A DNA stretch of 64,000 nucleotides from Alphaproteobacteria bacterium (GCA_965214705.1 OZ243972.1:2720001-2784000); one strand, 5' to 3'. Positions 33,863 to 44,596 are shown, counted from the first letter of the stretch. Numbers and translations: made by a program. Notes: generated by a model from the sequence alone, not told the origin.

Positions 33863-36255
33863 GAAGTACGCGCCTGCTTGAGCATCCGATGGATCGCGTC
33901 GGGCGTGAGCGGCGCCTCGCGGATCGGCGCAATCCCGAAGGGTTGCAACGCATCTTCCACTGCTGACGCATACACCTGGGCGACCGGGATGGTGCCGGCT
34001 TCGCCGACACCCTTGACGCCGAGCGGGTTGAGCGGCGTCGGCGTCTCCGAGTGCATGATCTCCGCGTTGGGCACTTCGGTCGCGTAGGGCATCAGGAAGT
34101 CCATGAAATTGGCGTTGAGCGGAGTTCCCCCCTCGTCGAACTCGCAGCGCTCGTAGAACGCGCCGCCCACGCCTTGGGCGATCCCGCCCATCACCTGGCC
34201 GTCCACGATCGTCGGGTTGATCATCCGCCCGCAGTCGTGAATGCAGATGTAGCGCTTGACCTCGATCGTGCAGAGTTCGGGATCGACCTCGATCACGGCT
34301 GCGTGGGCGCCGAAGGCCCAGGTCGCATGGGGCGGGCTGTAGTAGTCGGTCGCCTCGATCCCCGGAGTCCTGCCTTCGGCAAGCGGCGGCCCGTCGTGAC
34401 GGCTCGCCGGGGCGAACTGCGTGGCGCTCTTGGAGGGCTCGTTGAAGGCGTAGCGGAGCGGATTGGTTGCGGTCGCGATCTCCGCCAGCGTCGCCCGTCG
34501 GTCGGTTCCCTTCACCCACGCCGCGCCCTCGCGCAGCTCGATATCCGACTGGCTACACTCCATCATGTTGGCTGCCGCCTCGACGATCTGGGCGCGCGCC
34601 TTCACCGCGGCCATATGGATCGCGCTGCCGCTGCACACGGCGGCGCGGCTCGCGAAGGTCGCAACCCCCCATTCGAACGCTCCGGTGTCGCCCTCAACGA
34701 CGATCACGTCCTCGACGCGCGCTCCCGTCTGCTCGGCGGCAATTTGGGCGAAGACCGTCTCGTGACCCTGGCCCTGGTCGGTCAGCCCGGTGTTGACGTA
34801 GACCTTGCCGGTGATCGGGTGAATCTTGATGTGCCCGCCCTCGTAGGGGCCGAGCCCCGTTCCCTCCACGTAGAACCCGAACCCGAGTCCGAGGTATCGC
34901 CCGTCCTCCCGGGCAGTCGCTTGCTCCGCGCGGAAGCCCTCGACATCGATCGTCTGCCTTAACTTCTCGAGCGCCTCCTCGTAGGCCCCGCTGTCGTAGA
35001 TCACCTGCAGACCGTCGGCGAAGATCAGTCCCTTGCGCGGATAGGGAAACTCGTGCCGCCCGATGAAATTACGCCGGCGGACCTCGAAGCGGTCGAGGCC
35101 GAGCTCGTCCGCCAGCTGATCCATGGCGCGCTCGATGGCGTAGCAGGCGTGCGGCCGTCCGCAGCCGCGGTAGGGAGTCACTTGCACCATCGGCAGATAG
35201 ACCGGGCGAAAGGTGACCCGGAAATTAGGGACACGATAGGGGCCCGCGATCGACGTCGAGCTCACGTGGGCAACGGCGATTCCGTAGGGGATGAACGCCC
35301 CAGTGTCGTGCAGGAAGTCGTCCTTGAGGCCGATCACGCGGCCGTCCTTCGTGGCCGCGATTTCGAGGGTGTGGATCTGCGTGCGCTCCTGGGAGGCGCC
35401 GATGAAGTTTTCGACCCTGTCCTCGATGTACTTGACCGGGCGCCCCAGTTCCATCGAGGCCAACGGCACCAGCACCTCGTCGGGGTGGAACATCATGATC
35501 TTCTGGCCGAAGCCGCCGCCTACGTTGGGCGCGATGACGCGTACCTTGTCCTCGTCGATTTGGAACAGGGAGGCCAAGCCGCCACGCACCGATAGCGTCG
35601 CCTGGGTGCCGTCCCAGACCGTGAGCTCGCCGGTCACGGCCTCCCAACGCGCCGCGATGGCGCGGCATTCCAGCGGCGCTGCGGTGCTGCGCTCAAGCCG
35701 GATCTTGACCCGCGTGATGTGCTCGGCTTTCGCGAACGCCGCGTCGGTATCTCCGGTCTCGACGCGGAACCTGCCGGCGGTGTTGTTGGGCACGTCCGGA
35801 TGTATGCGCGGCGCATCGTCCGCGACCGCCTTTTCGAGGTCCATCTCGACCGGCAAGGGGTCGTAATCGATGTCGATCAAGCGGACAGCATCCTCGGCAA
35901 CGTAGCGGTCGACCGCCACCACCATCGCAATGCACTGCCCGACATAGAACACGTCGTCGCGAGCGAGCGGGCGCTGGGTCTTCGGATGGGTGAGGTCGGG
36001 CGCCGGAATCAGCAGGGGAAGCTCGGCATCGAGCGCGCCGATATTGTCGCAGGTGTAGACCTTGACCACACCGTCGAGCGCTTCCGCCGTGCTGATGTCG
36101 ATTGCGCGGATCTTCGCTCTGGCGACCATGCTGCGGGCGAACGCCGCGTGGAGCGCGCTGGGAAGATCGATGTCGTCGATGAAGCTTCCCTCGCCGCGCA
36201 GGAGGGCGGCATCGGCGTTGCGTGCGATTGGTTCGCCAAACTGGCGCGTCGACAC
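33859..36255 (-). CDS. Xanthine dehydrogenase-family molybdopterin large subunit (enzyme 1)
   Basis: VGGGFG, active-site loop PYRGCGRP, GQGHET, DCGRMINP, KGVGE. Confidence 0.92.
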   Translation of the reverse strand: MSTRQFGEPIARNADAALLRGEGSFIDDIDLPSALHAAFARSMVARAKIRAIDISTAEALDGVVKVYTCDNIGALDAELPLLIPAPDLTHPKTQRPLARDDVFYVGQCIAMVVAVDRYVAEDAVRLIDIDYDPLPVEMDLEKAVADDAPRIHPDVPNNTAGRFRVETGDTDAAFAKAEHITRVKIRLERSTAAPLECRAIAARWEAVTGELTVWDGTQATLSVRGGLASLFQIDEDKVRVIAPNVGGGFGQKIMMFHPDEVLVPLASMELGRPVKYIEDRVENFIGASQERTQIHTLEIAATKDGRVIGLKDDFLHDTGAFIPYGIAVAHVSSTSIAGPYRVPNFRVTFRPVYLPMVQVTPYRGCGRPHACYAIERAMDQLADELGLDRFEVRRRNFIGRHEFPYPRKGLIFADGLQVIYDSGAYEEALEKLRQTIDVEGFRAEQATAREDGRYLGLGFGFYVEGTGLGPYEGGHIKIHPITGKVYVNTGLTDQGQGHETVFAQIAAEQTGARVEDVIVVEGDTGAFEWGVATFASRAAVCSGSAIHMAAVKARAQIVEAAANMMECSQSDIELREGAAWVKGTDRRATLAEIATATNPLRYAFNEPSKSATQFAPASRHDGPPLAEGRTPGIEATDYYSPPHATWAFGAHAAVIEVDPELCTIEVKRYICIHDCGRMINPTIVDGQVMGGIAQGVGGAFYERCEFDEGGTPLNANFMDFLMPYATEVPNAEIMHSETPTPLNPLGVKGVGEAGTIPVAQVYASAVEDALQPFGIAPIREAPLTPDAIHRMLKQARTS

Positions 36256-36274
36256 GTCCGGGGTCTCCGTTTCT

Positions 36275-36811
36275 CTATCGCGAGCCGCGCATCAGTTCCG
36301 CGCTCCGGCGGAAGGCGGCCACGATGTTCTTGTAGCCCGTGCAGCGGCACAGGTTGCCCGAAAGGACCTCGCGAATCGCGTCCTCCGAAAGGTCCGGATC
36401 GGGATTGTCTTCGAGGTAATCCACGATCGACATGACGAAGCCCGGCGTGCAGTAGCCGCATTGCAGCCCGTGGCATTCGCGAAAGGCCTGCTGGACGGGA
36501 TGAAGTGAGCCGTCGGGCGCGGCGACGCTCTCGATCGTGCGAATGTCGGCGCCGTCGGCCTGGACCGCGAAGGCGAGGCAGGACCGCCCGGCCTTTCCGT
36601 CGATGATCACCGTGCAGCAGCCGCAGACCCCATGCTCGCAGCCGACGTGGGTTCCCGTCAGGCGCAGCTCATGGCGGATGAAGTCGCTCAGCAGCATACG
36701 AGGGCTGACCTCGCGCTCGACCCGCTCGCCGTTGACGGTCATCGACACGGCGACACGCGGATCGGAGGACTGGCGGGGCGGCGTCCCGTATCCAGCCGAT
36801 CTCGCCATCAC
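36275..36811 (-). CDS. 2x[2Fe-2S] small subunit (enzyme 1)
   Basis: GCEHGVCGCC, QCGYCTPG, NLCRCTGY. Confidence 0.95.
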   Translation of the reverse strand: MMARSAGYGTPPRQSSDPRVAVSMTVNGERVEREVSPRMLLSDFIRHELRLTGTHVGCEHGVCGCCTVIIDGKAGRSCLAFAVQADGADIRTIESVAAPDGSLHPVQQAFRECHGLQCGYCTPGFVMSIVDYLEDNPDPDLSEDAIREVLSGNLCRCTGYKNIVAAFRRSAELMRGSR

Positions 36812-37677
36812 GCTCGCTCCCGCGCGCGCTCGGCGGCCTTCGTGACGGTGCGCCGGACCAATGCCGCGGCAAGGTCCCTGCGGTAGTCCGCGCTGGCCTG
36901 GCGGTCGTCGGCCGCCGTCGCATAGTCGCGCGCCGCTTCGGCGGCTCGTGCAAGGGCCGCCCCCTCCGGCGGGGCGCCCAGCAGCGCGGCCTCGGCCTCG
37001 GCGAGGCGCGTGGGTTTCAAGCCGACCCCGCAGGCGGCGAGACGCACGGCGCTGCAGACGCCGTCCTTCAGTGTCACCAGTGCGCAGACCCCGGCCAACG
37101 CATAGTCGCCGTGGCGGCGCGCGACCTCCTGAAACGCGTAACCGGTGCGGGAAGGAAGGGCCGGTATGCGCACCTCCGTCAGCAGCTCGCCCGCATTCAG
37201 CGCTGTCGTCATGTGAAACAGGAAGAAGTCATCGGCGGCGATGGTCCGTTCGCTCCCGACGCTGCGCGCCACCACCGCGCCGCCCGTCGCCACCAGCATG
37301 CAGGGGAGTTCCGCCGCGGCGTCGGCGTGGGCGATGCTGCCGCCCACCGTGCCGCGATTGCGGATGACGATGTGCGCGACATTGCCCAGGACTTCCGCAA
37401 CCAGAGGGTTCGCTCGTCGGACCTCACTGTCGCGTTCGAGGTCCCGCTGGCGGGTCATCGCGCCCACCCGGATCACGTCGCCTTCGACCGCGTGAGCGCT
37501 GAGCGCACCGATCCTGCGGAGGTCCACCAGCGTCGAGGGCGCGGCGATGCGGAAGTTCATGGTCGGGATCAGGCTCTGTCCGCCCGCCAGCGGACGCGCC
37601 ATCTCGTCGCCCGCCAGAACCTCAAGCGCCTCCTCGACGCTTTGCGGCGCCGCGTACGCGAAGAGCGCAGGCTTCAC
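36808..37677 (-). CDS. FAD-binding medium subunit (enzyme 1)
   Basis: GTG start VKPALFAY; AGGQSL, RNRGTVGGS, RRHGDYA. Confidence 0.92.
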   Translation of the reverse strand: MKPALFAYAAPQSVEEALEVLAGDEMARPLAGGQSLIPTMNFRIAAPSTLVDLRRIGALSAHAVEGDVIRVGAMTRQRDLERDSEVRRANPLVAEVLGNVAHIVIRNRGTVGGSIAHADAAAELPCMLVATGGAVVARSVGSERTIAADDFFLFHMTTALNAGELLTEVRIPALPSRTGYAFQEVARRHGDYALAGVCALVTLKDGVCSAVRLAACGVGLKPTRLAEAEAALLGAPPEGAALARAAEAARDYATAADDRQASADYRRDLAAALVRRTVTKAAERARERA

Positions 37678-39593
37678 TCTGCGGCCTCCTGGACCGCTTC
37701 GGCGGCGAACCAACCGTCGTCCGGGTCGTCGTGGCCCTCTGGGCGCGCAATTCCCCTGCTGCGCTTCATCTCCTCGAAGTAAGGCCCGCGACTGAACATG
37801 GGGAGTGGTCCACGTTCGGCCCGTATGCGCGCCCGCAAGCGATCGGTCTCCGCCTGGTCCACCGTGTAGCGCCGGCCCTCGCGCCCGAGCACGACCCCGT
37901 AGTCGTCGCGCGCCGCCTGCTCCGAAACCAGGCCGCACTGCACGTCGTAGCACACCATCTCGGGTTCGCGCGCCAGCGGGTCTCCCCAGCCGCCGCCGCC
38001 CGTCGTGCGGATCCTGATGGTCGAGCCGCCGGCGACGGGGACGCGGTCCTCCATGCCGGCGAGCTTGCGCTGTGTGCCGTCCGGCTTGTCGATCTCCAGG
38101 CTGTAAGTGCCGCCGTACTTGCCGCCGTTGACGCCGTAGGTGTTGATCATCGCGCGGTCGGCGTTGGAAAGCGCCTCGCAGTCTTCGAGCGCGCGCACGC
38201 GCTTGTCGTAGCCGAAACCGCCGCGCCGGCAGCCCGCTCCGCCCGAATCCGTGGCGAGGCCCAGGCGTTCGACGATGACGGGGTAGCGGGTCTCAGAGAA
38301 TTCCGCCGGCAGGTTGCGCGAATTCGGCACCACGTGAACCACGTCGCTGCCGTCCGCCCAGGGACGCCCCGGCCCACCGCCGCCGAGCACTTCGCGGAAC
38401 AAGAAGAAATCGAGGCCGATGCGTCCGCCGTGCAGGCCCCAGATTCGGATCGTCTCGTGGTCGGCCGGCATGCGTCCGCCGGTCGCCTTGGCCAGCAGTG
38501 CCGCGAAGATCCCGAGCGAGCGCAGCAGGGGGAAGAAGCGCAGGCCTGTGGCCTTGCCGAAGCTCGGCGTCACCAGCGTTCCCTTGGGCGGGAACTTCAG
38601 CTCGATGACGTCCAGCACGCCTTCGTTCATGTCGATCTCGGCCGCCCGCTCGGGCGTCGCCGCGAGCGAGCGGAGCACCGGCCCCATCCACTTGCGGGCG
38701 AACTTTCCGTCCGCGTAGTCGATGGGCCAGTTGATCGGCCCCTTCGCCTCCTTCGAGGTGCCGGTGAAGTCGAGGACGATCTTGTCGGCGGTCTTGGTCA
38801 TCGTCAGGCGCAGCGTGTGCATCTGCGGCCCCTCGACGCCGTCGTCCTCGATGTAGTCCTCCCAGGAATAGACGCCGTCCCGAATCATGGGGAGCAACTC
38901 GCGGCGAATGGTCTCCGCGCAGTTCTCGATGATGGCGTCGTAGGCGGCCTCCAGCGCCGCCACGCCGTAGCGTTCCGCTAGCGCCACGATGCGCTGGCTG
39001 CCGAGCCGTGCGGCGCCGATTTCGGCATCGAGATCGCCGCGCAGATGCTCCGAAAGGCGCGAGTTGCGCGAAATGATCTTGAAGACCGCCTCGTTGATCT
39101 TCCCACGTTCGTAAATCTTGATGGGCGGCACCACCAACCCTTCCGTCCACATGTCGGTCGCATCGGCCGGCAGGCTGCCGGGGACCGAGCCGCCTACGTC
39201 GTCGTGGTGCCCAAAAACCTGGCTGAACCCGATCAGCCGGTCGCCGTAGAAGATGGGGATGGTCGTGCAGAGATCGGGAATGTGGCCGATCCCGCCGGCG
39301 CTGTTGTAGGGATCGTTCCAGAAAAAGATGTCGCCGGGGTGGATGTCACCCTCGTCGAAGTACTCGAACACCGGCTCGACTAGGGCCGCATAAGACCGCC
39401 CGGTCAGCTTGCGCCCCTTCGCATCGAAGAGCGCGACGCGGTAATCGTGCTGGTCCCGGATCATCGGCGAGCGTGCGGTTCGCTCGACCGCCGCCTCGAT
39501 CTCGAGCTCGGCAGTGCGGATCGTACCGGTAATGACCTCGAGCTCGATCGGGCCGAGCGGCGGTCCTGCGTCCTTGGCCGTGACTGCGCTCAT
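37674..39593 (-). CDS. Hydantoinase B/oxoprolinase subunit
   Basis: NDPYNSAGGIGHIPD, HHDDVGG, GGGGWGDP. Confidence 0.92.
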   Translation of the reverse strand: MSAVTAKDAGPPLGPIELEVITGTIRTAELEIEAAVERTARSPMIRDQHDYRVALFDAKGRKLTGRSYAALVEPVFEYFDEGDIHPGDIFFWNDPYNSAGGIGHIPDLCTTIPIFYGDRLIGFSQVFGHHDDVGGSVPGSLPADATDMWTEGLVVPPIKIYERGKINEAVFKIISRNSRLSEHLRGDLDAEIGAARLGSQRIVALAERYGVAALEAAYDAIIENCAETIRRELLPMIRDGVYSWEDYIEDDGVEGPQMHTLRLTMTKTADKIVLDFTGTSKEAKGPINWPIDYADGKFARKWMGPVLRSLAATPERAAEIDMNEGVLDVIELKFPPKGTLVTPSFGKATGLRFFPLLRSLGIFAALLAKATGGRMPADHETIRIWGLHGGRIGLDFFLFREVLGGGGPGRPWADGSDVVHVVPNSRNLPAEFSETRYPVIVERLGLATDSGGAGCRRGGFGYDKRVRALEDCEALSNADRAMINTYGVNGGKYGGTYSLEIDKPDGTQRKLAGMEDRVPVAGGSTIRIRTTGGGGWGDPLAREPEMVCYDVQCGLVSEQAARDDYGVVLGREGRRYTVDQAETDRLRARIRAERGPLPMFSRGPYFEEMKRSRGIARPEGHDDPDDGWFAAEAVQEAAE

Positions 39594-41632
39594 GCCACTT
39601 TCTCCAGAATGAGGTTGCCGTAATCATCGTTTCTGAGGGCCCAGCCCTCGGGCACCACGAGGGTCGAGCCGTACTCCTCGATGATACCCGGCCCTCGCGT
39701 GGTAAAGCCGCGGGACAGGCTCTCCCGGCGCCAGATGGGGCAGGATACCCAGCCCCGGCTGCGCCAATAGACATCGCGCACACCGGCCGGACCTGCATCC
39801 TCCGATCCCGGCTCGATCGCGCGCACGGAGGGGCGGTGCATGCGCCCGATCGCCTGCACGCGCAGGCTGACGACCTCGACATCCTGGCTGTCCTCGTAGT
39901 GGAAGCCGAAGGTGTCGTCATGGACCCGGTGAAACGCCGTCCACATGTGCTCGACAGCCTCGCTACCCGAGAGGCCGGCCGGGATCGCGACCAGCACCTC
40001 GTGGCCTTCGCCGACGTAGCGGACGTCGGCGCTCCGTTCGAGCACGATCGCCTCGCGCGCCACGCCCTCGGCCGCGATCTCGTCGCAACCCAGCTTTTCG
40101 AGATCGGCCCACAGCCCTTCAAGCTCATCGACGGTGGCGGTCGACTGCTGGCGCACCAGCGTGCGCACGTAGTCGCGCTTGATGTCGCAGACGTGCAGGC
40201 CGAAGGCGGAAAGGTTGCCCGGATTGGGCGGGGAGACCGCGACCTTGATCCCGAGGAAGTCGGCCACGTCGGCGGCGAAGAGCCCGCCGGCGCCGCCGAA
40301 GGCGATCATCGCGTAGTCGCCGGGGTCGAGGCCGCGCGTCGTTGTCACCTTGCGAATGCCCTGGACCTGGTTGGATGCAGCGATTTCGAGCACGCCGGCG
40401 GCGGCTTCCTCCGCCGAAAGGTCGAGATCGCGACCCAGCGCCTCGAAGGCGTCCCTCGCGGCATCGACATCGAGCTTGAGGCCGCCACCGATCAGCGCAC
40501 CGGGCAGGCGCCCTAGCACGACGCCCGCGTCGGTCACCGTCGGCCCGGTTCCGCCCCGCCGGTAGCAGATCGGGCCAGGATCGGCGCCCGCGCTTTGCGG
40601 TCCGACCTTGAGCGCACCGTAGGGATCGATCCACGCAAGGGAGCCACCGCCCGCGCCGACGGCCACGACATCGAGCATGGGTGTCTTGACCGGGTAGTGC
40701 TCGATGGTGGCGTGCGTCGAGAGTTGCGGCGTGAGCCCGCGCACGAGCGAGACATCGGTGGACGTGCCACCGACATCGAGCGTCAGGATATCGTTGTACC
40801 CGGCGAGGCTCGCCATGTGGGTGGCCCCGAGCACGCCCCCCGCAGGGCCCGAGAGCAGCATCGTCACCGGCTTCTCACCGGCAGCCTCGCTGGAGACGAT
40901 GCCGCCGTTGGACTGCATGATCAGGAAGGGCTTGTCGCCGGACTCTTCGGCGATCCTGTCGCGGGCACGTCCTAGATAGGTCTGGCAGTAGGGCTTCACC
41001 ATCACGTCGATCAGCGTGGTCATCGCACGTTCGTACTCGCGGTATTCCGGCAGGACGACCGACGACAGCGACACGAACGTGTCGGGGAAGTGCTCTTCGA
41101 TGATCGCGCCGACACGTTGTTCATGCGCCGGGTTCGCATAGGAATGGAGCAGACAGACGGCGATGCGCGTGACGCCGAAATCGACGAGATGGTCCACCGC
41201 TTCGATCACGCTCCTCTCGTCGAGAGGCGTCATGACGGAGCCGTCATAGCTCATGCGCTCCGTCACTTCCTGGACCAGATGAAGCGGCACGAGGCGGGGT
41301 GGCTTCACCCAGAAGAAGGAGTTGCCGTAGCCGTCGGGCACGGACTGGCGCGCGATCTCGATGATATGGCGAAAGCCGGCGGTCACGAGCAAACCGAGGC
41401 CTTCGAATCGGTGCTCCAGCACGGCGTTGGTCGCCGTCGTCGTGCCGTGCAGGATTTGACTTAGTTGCGCATCGCTCGTGCCGACGACCTCCTGAATCCC
41501 GTTGATCAGGCCGCGGCTGGGGTCGTCAGGCGTGCTCGGCGTCTTGATGGCAAGCTGCTCGCCCGTTGTCTCATCGATCGCGATGACGTCCGTGAACGTT
41601 CCCCCGGTATCGATGGCGATTCGCAGGCTCAT
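39590..41632 (-). CDS. Hydantoinase A/oxoprolinase subunit
   Basis: DTGGTFTD, HGTTTATN, LSGP, DVGGTS, GPQSAGADPGPICY. Confidence 0.94.
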   Translation of the reverse strand: MSLRIAIDTGGTFTDVIAIDETTGEQLAIKTPSTPDDPSRGLINGIQEVVGTSDAQLSQILHGTTTATNAVLEHRFEGLGLLVTAGFRHIIEIARQSVPDGYGNSFFWVKPPRLVPLHLVQEVTERMSYDGSVMTPLDERSVIEAVDHLVDFGVTRIAVCLLHSYANPAHEQRVGAIIEEHFPDTFVSLSSVVLPEYREYERAMTTLIDVMVKPYCQTYLGRARDRIAEESGDKPFLIMQSNGGIVSSEAAGEKPVTMLLSGPAGGVLGATHMASLAGYNDILTLDVGGTSTDVSLVRGLTPQLSTHATIEHYPVKTPMLDVVAVGAGGGSLAWIDPYGALKVGPQSAGADPGPICYRRGGTGPTVTDAGVVLGRLPGALIGGGLKLDVDAARDAFEALGRDLDLSAEEAAAGVLEIAASNQVQGIRKVTTTRGLDPGDYAMIAFGGAGGLFAADVADFLGIKVAVSPPNPGNLSAFGLHVCDIKRDYVRTLVRQQSTATVDELEGLWADLEKLGCDEIAAEGVAREAIVLERSADVRYVGEGHEVLVAIPAGLSGSEAVEHMWTAFHRVHDDTFGFHYEDSQDVEVVSLRVQAIGRMHRPSVRAIEPGSEDAGPAGVRDVYWRSRGWVSCPIWRRESLSRGFTTRGPGIIEEYGSTLVVPEGWALRNDDYGNLILEKVA

Positions 41633-41671
41633 GAACTCTCCTGACGCCGGCTGCCCCGGTTGCCGGCGCAG

Positions 41672-44080
41672 CTATCCACCGTTACCGGCGCGGCCAGCCT
41701 CGATCAAGGCGAGAATCATCTCCGGCTTGAGCGGCAGCGTCGTGATCTCGACGCCGAAGGGCGCGAGAGCGTCGCAGATGGCGTTGGCGATCGCGCCGGG
41801 CACGGGCCCCGGCCGGCCCTCGCCCACGGCGCGAACGCCCAAGGGGTGGTCGGGGCAAGGCGTCGGCGAGTGGCCGACCGTCACGGTCGGAACATCCGCC
41901 GCGGAAGCGAGGCGATAATTCTCGAAATCCGCCGTCAACTGCTGGCCGTTCTCGTCGTAGAGGAACTCCTCGAACATGGCGTTGGACATGCCCTGAACCA
42001 CGCCGCCCTGGACTTGACCCTCGACGACGATAGGGTTGATGACCGTGCCCACATCCTCGCAGGTGGCGTAGTCGAGGATCGTGAACTGCCCGGTCTCGAT
42101 ATCGACCTCGACCTTGGCGGCCTGCGCGGTGAAGCAGATCATGGGCTTGGGCGCCTCGAAATAGGCCGTGTGCTCGAGCCCTGGGTCCTCGCCGGGCGGC
42201 AGGTTGATCGAGCCCATGACGATGCGATCCGCCAACGCTGCGAATTCGCGGCGAATGTTGCCGTCCTTTTCGTAAACGACGGCGCCGTCCGTAAAGCTGA
42301 AATCGTCGGGGGTTGCGCCGTCCAGCCCATGATCGTGGATCATGTAGCGCGCCATCTTGGCCTTGAGCGCCGTCGCAGCCTCCGCGATCGCGGCGACGGT
42401 GTAGGACGCCCCGCGCGCGCCGATGGTGCCGGAGCTGAGCGGCGTCGTGCCGGTATCGCCGTGGCGTACGCTCACGTCGTCCGGGTGAATGCCGAAGGCG
42501 TCTGCGGCGACCTGCGCCATCGTGGTCTCGTGGCTCTGGCCCTGCGGTGCGTCGCCCTCGTGGATCGCGACCTTGCCGCGCGGGTCGATTCGCATGGTGA
42601 CGACGCCGTAGCCGGGCTGGTTCTCCAGCGGCACCAGCACGTCCGACGGAATGCCGGAGAACTCGGCACCGCAGGCGAAGCCGACCCCGATGTAGCGCCC
42701 TTCGGCGCGGGCCTCTTCCTGCAGCGTGCGGAAGCCGGTGAGATCGACCTTGTCGATCAGCGTATCCCAGGCCTTCACATAGTTGCCGCTGTCGTGATGC
42801 ACCCCGGTCACGCTGGTGAAGGGAAACTCGCTGACCAGGTTCTTGCGCTTGAGGGCGGCGGTCTCCATGCCGAGCTTCCGCGCCAGCATGTCGAGGCCGC
42901 GTTCCAGCGCGAAGCGCGTCGGCAGCGCCCCGAACGAACGCGATGGGCTGACGCAGGTCTTGTTGGTGACCGCGCAGCGCAGCTTGATGTCGGCGCGCTC
43001 GATGGCATAGGCGTTGGGCAGCATGACCGAGCCGAGCGAGGGCATGACGAAACCCCAATAGACGCCCTGGCGCCCGTCGCCCACGTCGCCGATGCCGCGA
43101 TTGCGGAGCGCGAGGATGCGGCCCTCCCTGTCCGCCGCGATTTCGAGATCGTGAATCTGGTCGCGCTCCTGACTGACCGTCATCAGGTGCTCTTCGCGCG
43201 TCTCGATCCAGCGCACCGGCCGCCCGAGCTTGCGCGCGAGATGACAGACCACGACATGCTCGCGATAGAAGGGCGCCTTGACCCCGAAGCCGCCGCCCTG
43301 GTCACGCGGCGCGACGACCCGAACCTCGGCGGTGGAGAGTTCCAGGAGGTCGGCAAGGGCGAGGCGCTCGATGTGAGGGCGCTGCGTCGTCAGGTGGACG
43401 GTGAGCCCGTCGGTCTCGCTCCAGGTCGCGAGCGCGCCCCTCGTCTCGATCGGGCAGACACCGCAGCGCTGGGTCCGGAAGCGTTGCCTGAACACCGCGT
43501 CGGCCTCGGCGAACAGCGCCTCGACCTCGGCGTCGTTCTTCACGATCTCGTCCGGCTCGAAGCCGCCGGTGTAGCTGGTGCCAAAAATCTCGTTGCTGTC
43601 CCAGTCGTCGTAGACGCGCGGCGCGCCATCGCGGAGCGCGGCCTCGGCGTCGGTAACCACGGGGAGCGGCTCGTAGTCGACCTCCACGGCGGCGGCGGCG
43701 TCTTCGGCGACGTACTTGTCTTCCGCCACGACGGCGGCGAGGGGCTCGCCGTGCCAGTACACCTCGTCCACCGCGAGCGGCCAGTACTGCCGATACTTGG
43801 CGGGGAAGGCGGGGATCAGCACCGGGATCTTCTGGCCCTGTATCTCCTGCGAGAGTTCGGCGCCGGTGATCGCGCCCACCGCGCCCGGCATGGCGAGCGC
43901 CGCGTCGAGACGGATGTCCTTGATCCTGGCGTGCGCGTGGCTGGAGCGGACGAAGCAGAGGTGGAGGCAATCGGACACTCGGACATCGGCCAAGTATTCG
44001 CCGCGCCCGGTGAGCAGGCGCGCGTCCTCGCGCCGCTCCAGCGAGCGGCCGATCCAGCCCGTTTCGACGGCCGCGCTCAC
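41672..44080 (-). CDS. Xanthine dehydrogenase-family molybdopterin large subunit (enzyme 2)
   Basis: RREDARLLTG, GGGFG, loop SPSRSFGA, GQSHET, GTVINP, AVGE. Confidence 0.9.
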   Translation of the reverse strand: MSAAVETGWIGRSLERREDARLLTGRGEYLADVRVSDCLHLCFVRSSHAHARIKDIRLDAALAMPGAVGAITGAELSQEIQGQKIPVLIPAFPAKYRQYWPLAVDEVYWHGEPLAAVVAEDKYVAEDAAAAVEVDYEPLPVVTDAEAALRDGAPRVYDDWDSNEIFGTSYTGGFEPDEIVKNDAEVEALFAEADAVFRQRFRTQRCGVCPIETRGALATWSETDGLTVHLTTQRPHIERLALADLLELSTAEVRVVAPRDQGGGFGVKAPFYREHVVVCHLARKLGRPVRWIETREEHLMTVSQERDQIHDLEIAADREGRILALRNRGIGDVGDGRQGVYWGFVMPSLGSVMLPNAYAIERADIKLRCAVTNKTCVSPSRSFGALPTRFALERGLDMLARKLGMETAALKRKNLVSEFPFTSVTGVHHDSGNYVKAWDTLIDKVDLTGFRTLQEEARAEGRYIGVGFACGAEFSGIPSDVLVPLENQPGYGVVTMRIDPRGKVAIHEGDAPQGQSHETTMAQVAADAFGIHPDDVSVRHGDTGTTPLSSGTIGARGASYTVAAIAEAATALKAKMARYMIHDHGLDGATPDDFSFTDGAVVYEKDGNIRREFAALADRIVMGSINLPPGEDPGLEHTAYFEAPKPMICFTAQAAKVEVDIETGQFTILDYATCEDVGTVINPIVVEGQVQGGVVQGMSNAMFEEFLYDENGQQLTADFENYRLASAADVPTVTVGHSPTPCPDHPLGVRAVGEGRPGPVPGAIANAICDALAPFGVEITTLPLKPEMILALIEAGRAGNGG

Positions 44081-44592
44081 GGTGGAGGCTCGGTCTCGGC
44101 CGGCGGCGGGACGGGCTTCAGGCCGTGGCGCGTGGCGGAAGCGGCGAGGATGGCCTCGACGATGTGGCTGTAGCCGGTGCAGCGGCAGAGGTTACCGACC
44201 AGGGCGCGGCGCACCTCCTCTTCGGTCGGGTTGATGTTCTCGTTCAAGAAATCGACCGCGTTCATCAGAATCCCGCTCGTGCAGAATCCGCACTGCAGCG
44301 CGTGATAGCGGCTGAACGCCTGCTTCAAGCGGTGCAGGTTGTCCCGGTTGCCGAGGCCCTCGATCGTGGTGACCTCCTTGCCGTCGGCTTGCACCGCGAG
44401 CTTCATGCAGGACTTGTGAGCGCGTCCTTCAATCTGCACCGTGCATGCGCCGCAGCGCCCTTCGTAGGTGCAACCGATATGCGTACCCGTGAGGCCGCAC
44501 TCGTCGCGGATGAAATCGACGAGAAGGAGGCGGAGCGGCACGGTTCGCGTATAGGGCGTGCCGTTGACGGTGACGGTGATCGTCTTCTCCAC
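44077..44592 (-). CDS. 2x[2Fe-2S] small subunit (enzyme 2)
   Basis: GCTYEGRCGAC, QCGFCT, NLCRCTGY. Confidence 0.93.
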   Translation of the reverse strand: MEKTITVTVNGTPYTRTVPLRLLLVDFIRDECGLTGTHIGCTYEGRCGACTVQIEGRAHKSCMKLAVQADGKEVTTIEGLGNRDNLHRLKQAFSRYHALQCGFCTSGILMNAVDFLNENINPTEEEVRRALVGNLCRCTGYSHIVEAILAASATRHGLKPVPPPAETEPPP

Positions 44593-44596
44593 GGCG

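Noticed and set aside
33859-37677. Aerobic CO dehydrogenase (coxMSL + coxG) call
   Set aside because: Lacks the AYxCSFR Cu-binding loop and coxDEF; treated as a generic Mo hydroxylase.
41660-44173. 837-aa plus-strand ORF and similar giant antisense ORFs (25741-27795, 50450-52663, 56771-59083)
   Set aside because: They mirror well-supported genes on the other strand; no independent motifs.
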